Made by a program: the position numbers and the translations under genes. From an uncultured Lachnospiraceae bacterium (GTDB lineage Bacteria; Bacillota; Clostridia; Lachnospirales; Lachnospiraceae), in assembly GCA_964613155.1 (NCBI GenBank), contig CAZTHP010000002.1, positions 1 to 61,640 on the forward strand: 61,640 nt of DNA, in the 5' to 3' direction. Under the pieces are notes generated by a model. That model did not search any database. It was given only the letters and a program-made list of their open reading frames with translations, and was not told where the DNA came from. Shown here piece by piece: positions 58,908 through 61,640 of the stretch; within the stretch, counting starts at the first letter, position 1; every line of letters starts with the position of its first letter.

Positions 58908-59168
58908 TCAATGAATTTGAAAACCGGCCAGTTCTGCCAGTTTTCGTACAGTTTCCCGCGAAACGTGCTTTCCCATGTATTCAATTAAATTCTCATTGGA
59001 ACCTGTAAAAATATCACTGTCACAGTGCTTGGTTAGAATGATTCGGTCTCCTTCCACTGAAATTTCCAGAGAATCCTTTTCTTTTAACTTTAAACTGCGG
59101 CGTAATTCGACGGGAAGTGTGATTCGGCCTAGTTCGTCAAGGTTTCTGATAATGCCTGTAGTTTTCAT
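58908..59168 (-). CDS. abrB: AbrB-family transition-state regulator
   Basis: MKTTGIIRNLDELGRITLPVELRR; RBS GGAGG; convergent to rsmI as in other Firmicutes. Confidence 0.9.
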   Translation of the reverse strand: MKTTGIIRNLDELGRITLPVELRRSLKLKEKDSLEISVEGDRIILTKHCDSDIFTGSNENLIEYMGKHVSRETVRKLAELAGFQIH

Positions 59169-59451
59169 AGTTCCTCCCATAATCGGTATACCTTTGCAAA
59201 ACAGCCCTTCTTTTTGGGAAAATAGAAGTAAAATTAATCTTATCGTAAATAAAAGCTTCTGTCAATCATTTACAAAATAAATAGGAAAAAAACACAGTTA
59301 TTTTATGCTATTTTTTTGAAATGCAAAAAAAGATTGTAAAAAGCTATAAAGTCAGAAAAATTAGGCAAATCTTTTAAATTGAAGCAGAAGGACTGTTGGA
59401 TTTCGTTCCACCACTGCGAAAGAACAAATAAGAGAGAAAGGGGGATTTCTT

Positions 59452-60519
59452 GTGGAAAAACAGGAATCAATTCAATATATCGTTCGATTAATGGAAAAAC
59501 AGGAAAAATTAAAGCAGCTGAATCAAACGACAGCGGATACGACGTTGGCTCTTGATAAAGCACAGAAAGCCCTGGAAATGTATCAGATTCGAATTCAGGA
59601 GGAATTGGAGCGGATTGTAAAGAAGCAAAGAAGCAATCTCCGCGGAAAACTTGAAAAAGAGGTGCAGTCTGCTCAGCGAAAAGCAGAACAGGCAGAAAAA
59701 CAGCGGCTTCAAGAGAAAAATCGACAAAAGAAAAATCAGATTGCAGATGCTACTGTGAAATATCGAAAGCAGATACATTGTTTACGGGATGAGATCAAAT
59801 GTGATCTGCGTGAAGCAAAAATTCCTGTTTTTTGCCGCGGAAAGCTGTGGTTTTCGTTGTTTATGCCTGCATTTGTGGGAGACTATTTCTTGCTGTTCCT
59901 TTTGAGTGCGGCAATGATTCTTGGAATTCCGGCATTGCTGTATTCCATGATTCCCAATCATCACCTCTGGCAGTTTTATCTGTTATTTCCATCTTTCGTG
60001 GTCATTTCAATCGTCCTATATCTGAAAATCCGGCAGATGACATTAGAAAAGCATTATGAGGTTTTGAAAAAATGCAGGAACCAGATGAATGAAATTCATG
60101 AATTGCAGGGACGTATTCGGAAAACAGAACGATTCATCGAAAAAAATGAAGATGAAGATTTGTATGAATTAAAGGAAATGGATGAAAAAGTAGAGCAGGC
60201 ATATCAGCGTCTGGAGCAGGCAAAAGAGAAGCGAAAAACGGGAATGCAGGAATTTGAACAAAAAATGCGTCAGGAAATCGTCAAGGATTTTCGAGAAAAA
60301 TCAAAAGAAAAACTCGAAGAACTTACCCATGCAATGAATGAACTTTCCAAAGAGAAAAATCTGTCCATGGAACTGGCAGCCGAACTGCATTTGGAGTTAA
60401 TCGACGATTATGAAAGCAAATTAGGCGAAGAAAATATGAACCCCGTTCGCTTGGAGCAGATTTTACAAAATTTGGAAAATGGAAGTGCCGATACGTTGGA
60501 AGATGCACTGAACGTGTAA
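59452..60519 (+). CDS. Hypothetical coiled-coil protein with two central TM helices
   Basis: Long E/K/Q-rich helices flanking two hydrophobic segments; RBS GAAAGGGG. Confidence 0.75.
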   Translation: MEKQESIQYIVRLMEKQEKLKQLNQTTADTTLALDKAQKALEMYQIRIQEELERIVKKQRSNLRGKLEKEVQSAQRKAEQAEKQRLQEKNRQKKNQIADATVKYRKQIHCLRDEIKCDLREAKIPVFCRGKLWFSLFMPAFVGDYFLLFLLSAAMILGIPALLYSMIPNHHLWQFYLLFPSFVVISIVLYLKIRQMTLEKHYEVLKKCRNQMNEIHELQGRIRKTERFIEKNEDEDLYELKEMDEKVEQAYQRLEQAKEKRKTGMQEFEQKMRQEIVKDFREKSKEKLEELTHAMNELSKEKNLSMELAAELHLELIDDYESKLGEENMNPVRLEQILQNLENGSADTLEDALNV

Positions 60520-60684
60520 AGCATTCTGTATACAGAAAAGTATGCCGCAAAGCAAGCAGGAAAGCAGAGTGCTGGAAAGTGCAAAGTACGCTGTCTGCCA
60601 AGCAAGCAGAGTGCAGAACGCTGCAGAGTGCAGAACGCTGGAATGCAGGGCATGTTAAAAAAGAAATTTACATGTCAGGGCTTT

Positions 60685-61464
60685 TTAGCGGATTCGAACT
60701 TCTTGAACATAGAGCTGCAGGATTTCTGCGGCTTTTTTCATGTCTTCTTCTAAAAATGGATGCAGTCCTGACACAGAAACCGTTTCACAGTCGCGGAATG
60801 TTTGTAGGTAACATAATTTGGCACCGCGGATCAGTTCCCCCAGCTGATGAAATGCCGGCAGTGTATGAAGCTCCTGAACAACCGTAGTCCGAAACTCATA
60901 CGATAAATGGCTGTTTTGAATCAAGGAGATCGATCGTTGAATCTTGTCCAGAAAATCTGTGGACAGAGAGGGAGTTTTTGTGGATACAGCAGATGCTTTT
61001 GTAGATAAACCGGCAGCAGCAGCATAATGCTGTGGACTAGCTTTCACATCCATTGCCAGATAATCCAGCAATTGGTTTTCCAGCAAATATTGAAGCATTT
61101 GTGGATTCGAACCATTTGTATCCAGCTTAATTTTGAGATGAAATTGCCGGATTTGTTGGATAAGATCTGGAAGGTCAGCGTGGAGAGTTGGTTCACCGCC
61201 GGTAATGACGACACCTTCTAAGATGCCAGCTCTTTTTTCCAGAAAAGCCAGGATTTCTTCCTGTGGAATTTGCGAAACCTGGCCAGTGTATTTGGAGCGT
61301 TCATTGTGTTGTGCTTGTTCGTTTTGCAGGTTATTTTCCGGGTGCAAAAGCTCGGAATTTTGACAGTAGGGACAGTTGAAATTGCAGCCGCCAGTGAATA
61401 TAATAGAAGAAATATGCTCTGGATAATCCAGAAGGGAAGTTTTCTGTAAACCGTAGATTTTCAT
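60685..61464 (-). CDS. nrdG: Anaerobic ribonucleotide reductase activating protein (radical SAM)
   Basis: GCNFNCPYCQN, GVVITGGEPT, KLDTNG, YEFRTT. Confidence 0.9.
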   Translation of the reverse strand: MKIYGLQKTSLLDYPEHISSIIFTGGCNFNCPYCQNSELLHPENNLQNEQAQHNERSKYTGQVSQIPQEEILAFLEKRAGILEGVVITGGEPTLHADLPDLIQQIRQFHLKIKLDTNGSNPQMLQYLLENQLLDYLAMDVKASPQHYAAAAGLSTKASAVSTKTPSLSTDFLDKIQRSISLIQNSHLSYEFRTTVVQELHTLPAFHQLGELIRGAKLCYLQTFRDCETVSVSGLHPFLEEDMKKAAEILQLYVQEVRIR

Positions 61465-61485
61465 ATAGGGTAAAACCTTTCGTCG

Positions 61486-61640
61486 ATGAATAATTTTTAG
61501 CTTAAAAGATACACCTTATGTTAATGAATATGTTTGGCTTAAGGAATGCACCTTTTGTCAATGAATATTTTTTAGCTTAAAAAATGCACTTTATATTAAT
61601 GAATAATTTTTTCATTAAAGGACATGTCTTTTGTTAATAA
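61486..61640. repeat. Tandem repeat, ~38-bp unit x4, upstream of nrdG
   Basis: ATGAATAATTTTTAGCTTAAAA..TGCACCTT..TTA units. Confidence 0.8.

Noticed and set aside
207-61221. Numerous short or antisense ORFs in the six-frame track (e.g. 2206-2970, 13606-14520, 32179-32877, 5573-6144, 23053-23530)
   Set aside because: They are shadows of well-supported genes or translations of tandem repeats, with no RBS or motif support.

Overview
Chromosomal window from an anaerobic low-GC Firmicute, with gene content and order typical of Lachnospiraceae/Clostridiales (inferred). Core genes include porCDAB behind an Ile-specific T-box, aspA, an AGCS symporter, nadABC, trmB, a D,D-carboxypeptidase, Crp/Fnr plus hcp, and the yaaO-holB-ricT-trmN6-rsmI-abrB cluster with nrdG. 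The main accessory block is a ~19 kb segment between two identical tRNA-Lys(CUU) genes. It carries a tandem (AraC-GyrI)x2 regulator, a cobalamin riboswitch, five exported proteins and a T / A-A' / S ECF transporter. Three of the exported proteins carry transcobalamin-beta-like DUF4430 motifs and two carry alpha/alpha-barrel motifs. I read this as a candidate 'split transcobalamin' surface relay for B12 capture. Other observations: an Rpn nuclease with an internal RBS for a C-terminal antitoxin; an orphan Rhs toxin with a frameshifted immunity-like gene; a 95-bp double-hairpin element found four times, always just behind a terminator; scattered IS200/IS605-type end palindromes; and many unrelated tandem-repeat arrays that start at stop codons. 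All domain calls are by-eye motif recognition; no searches were run.
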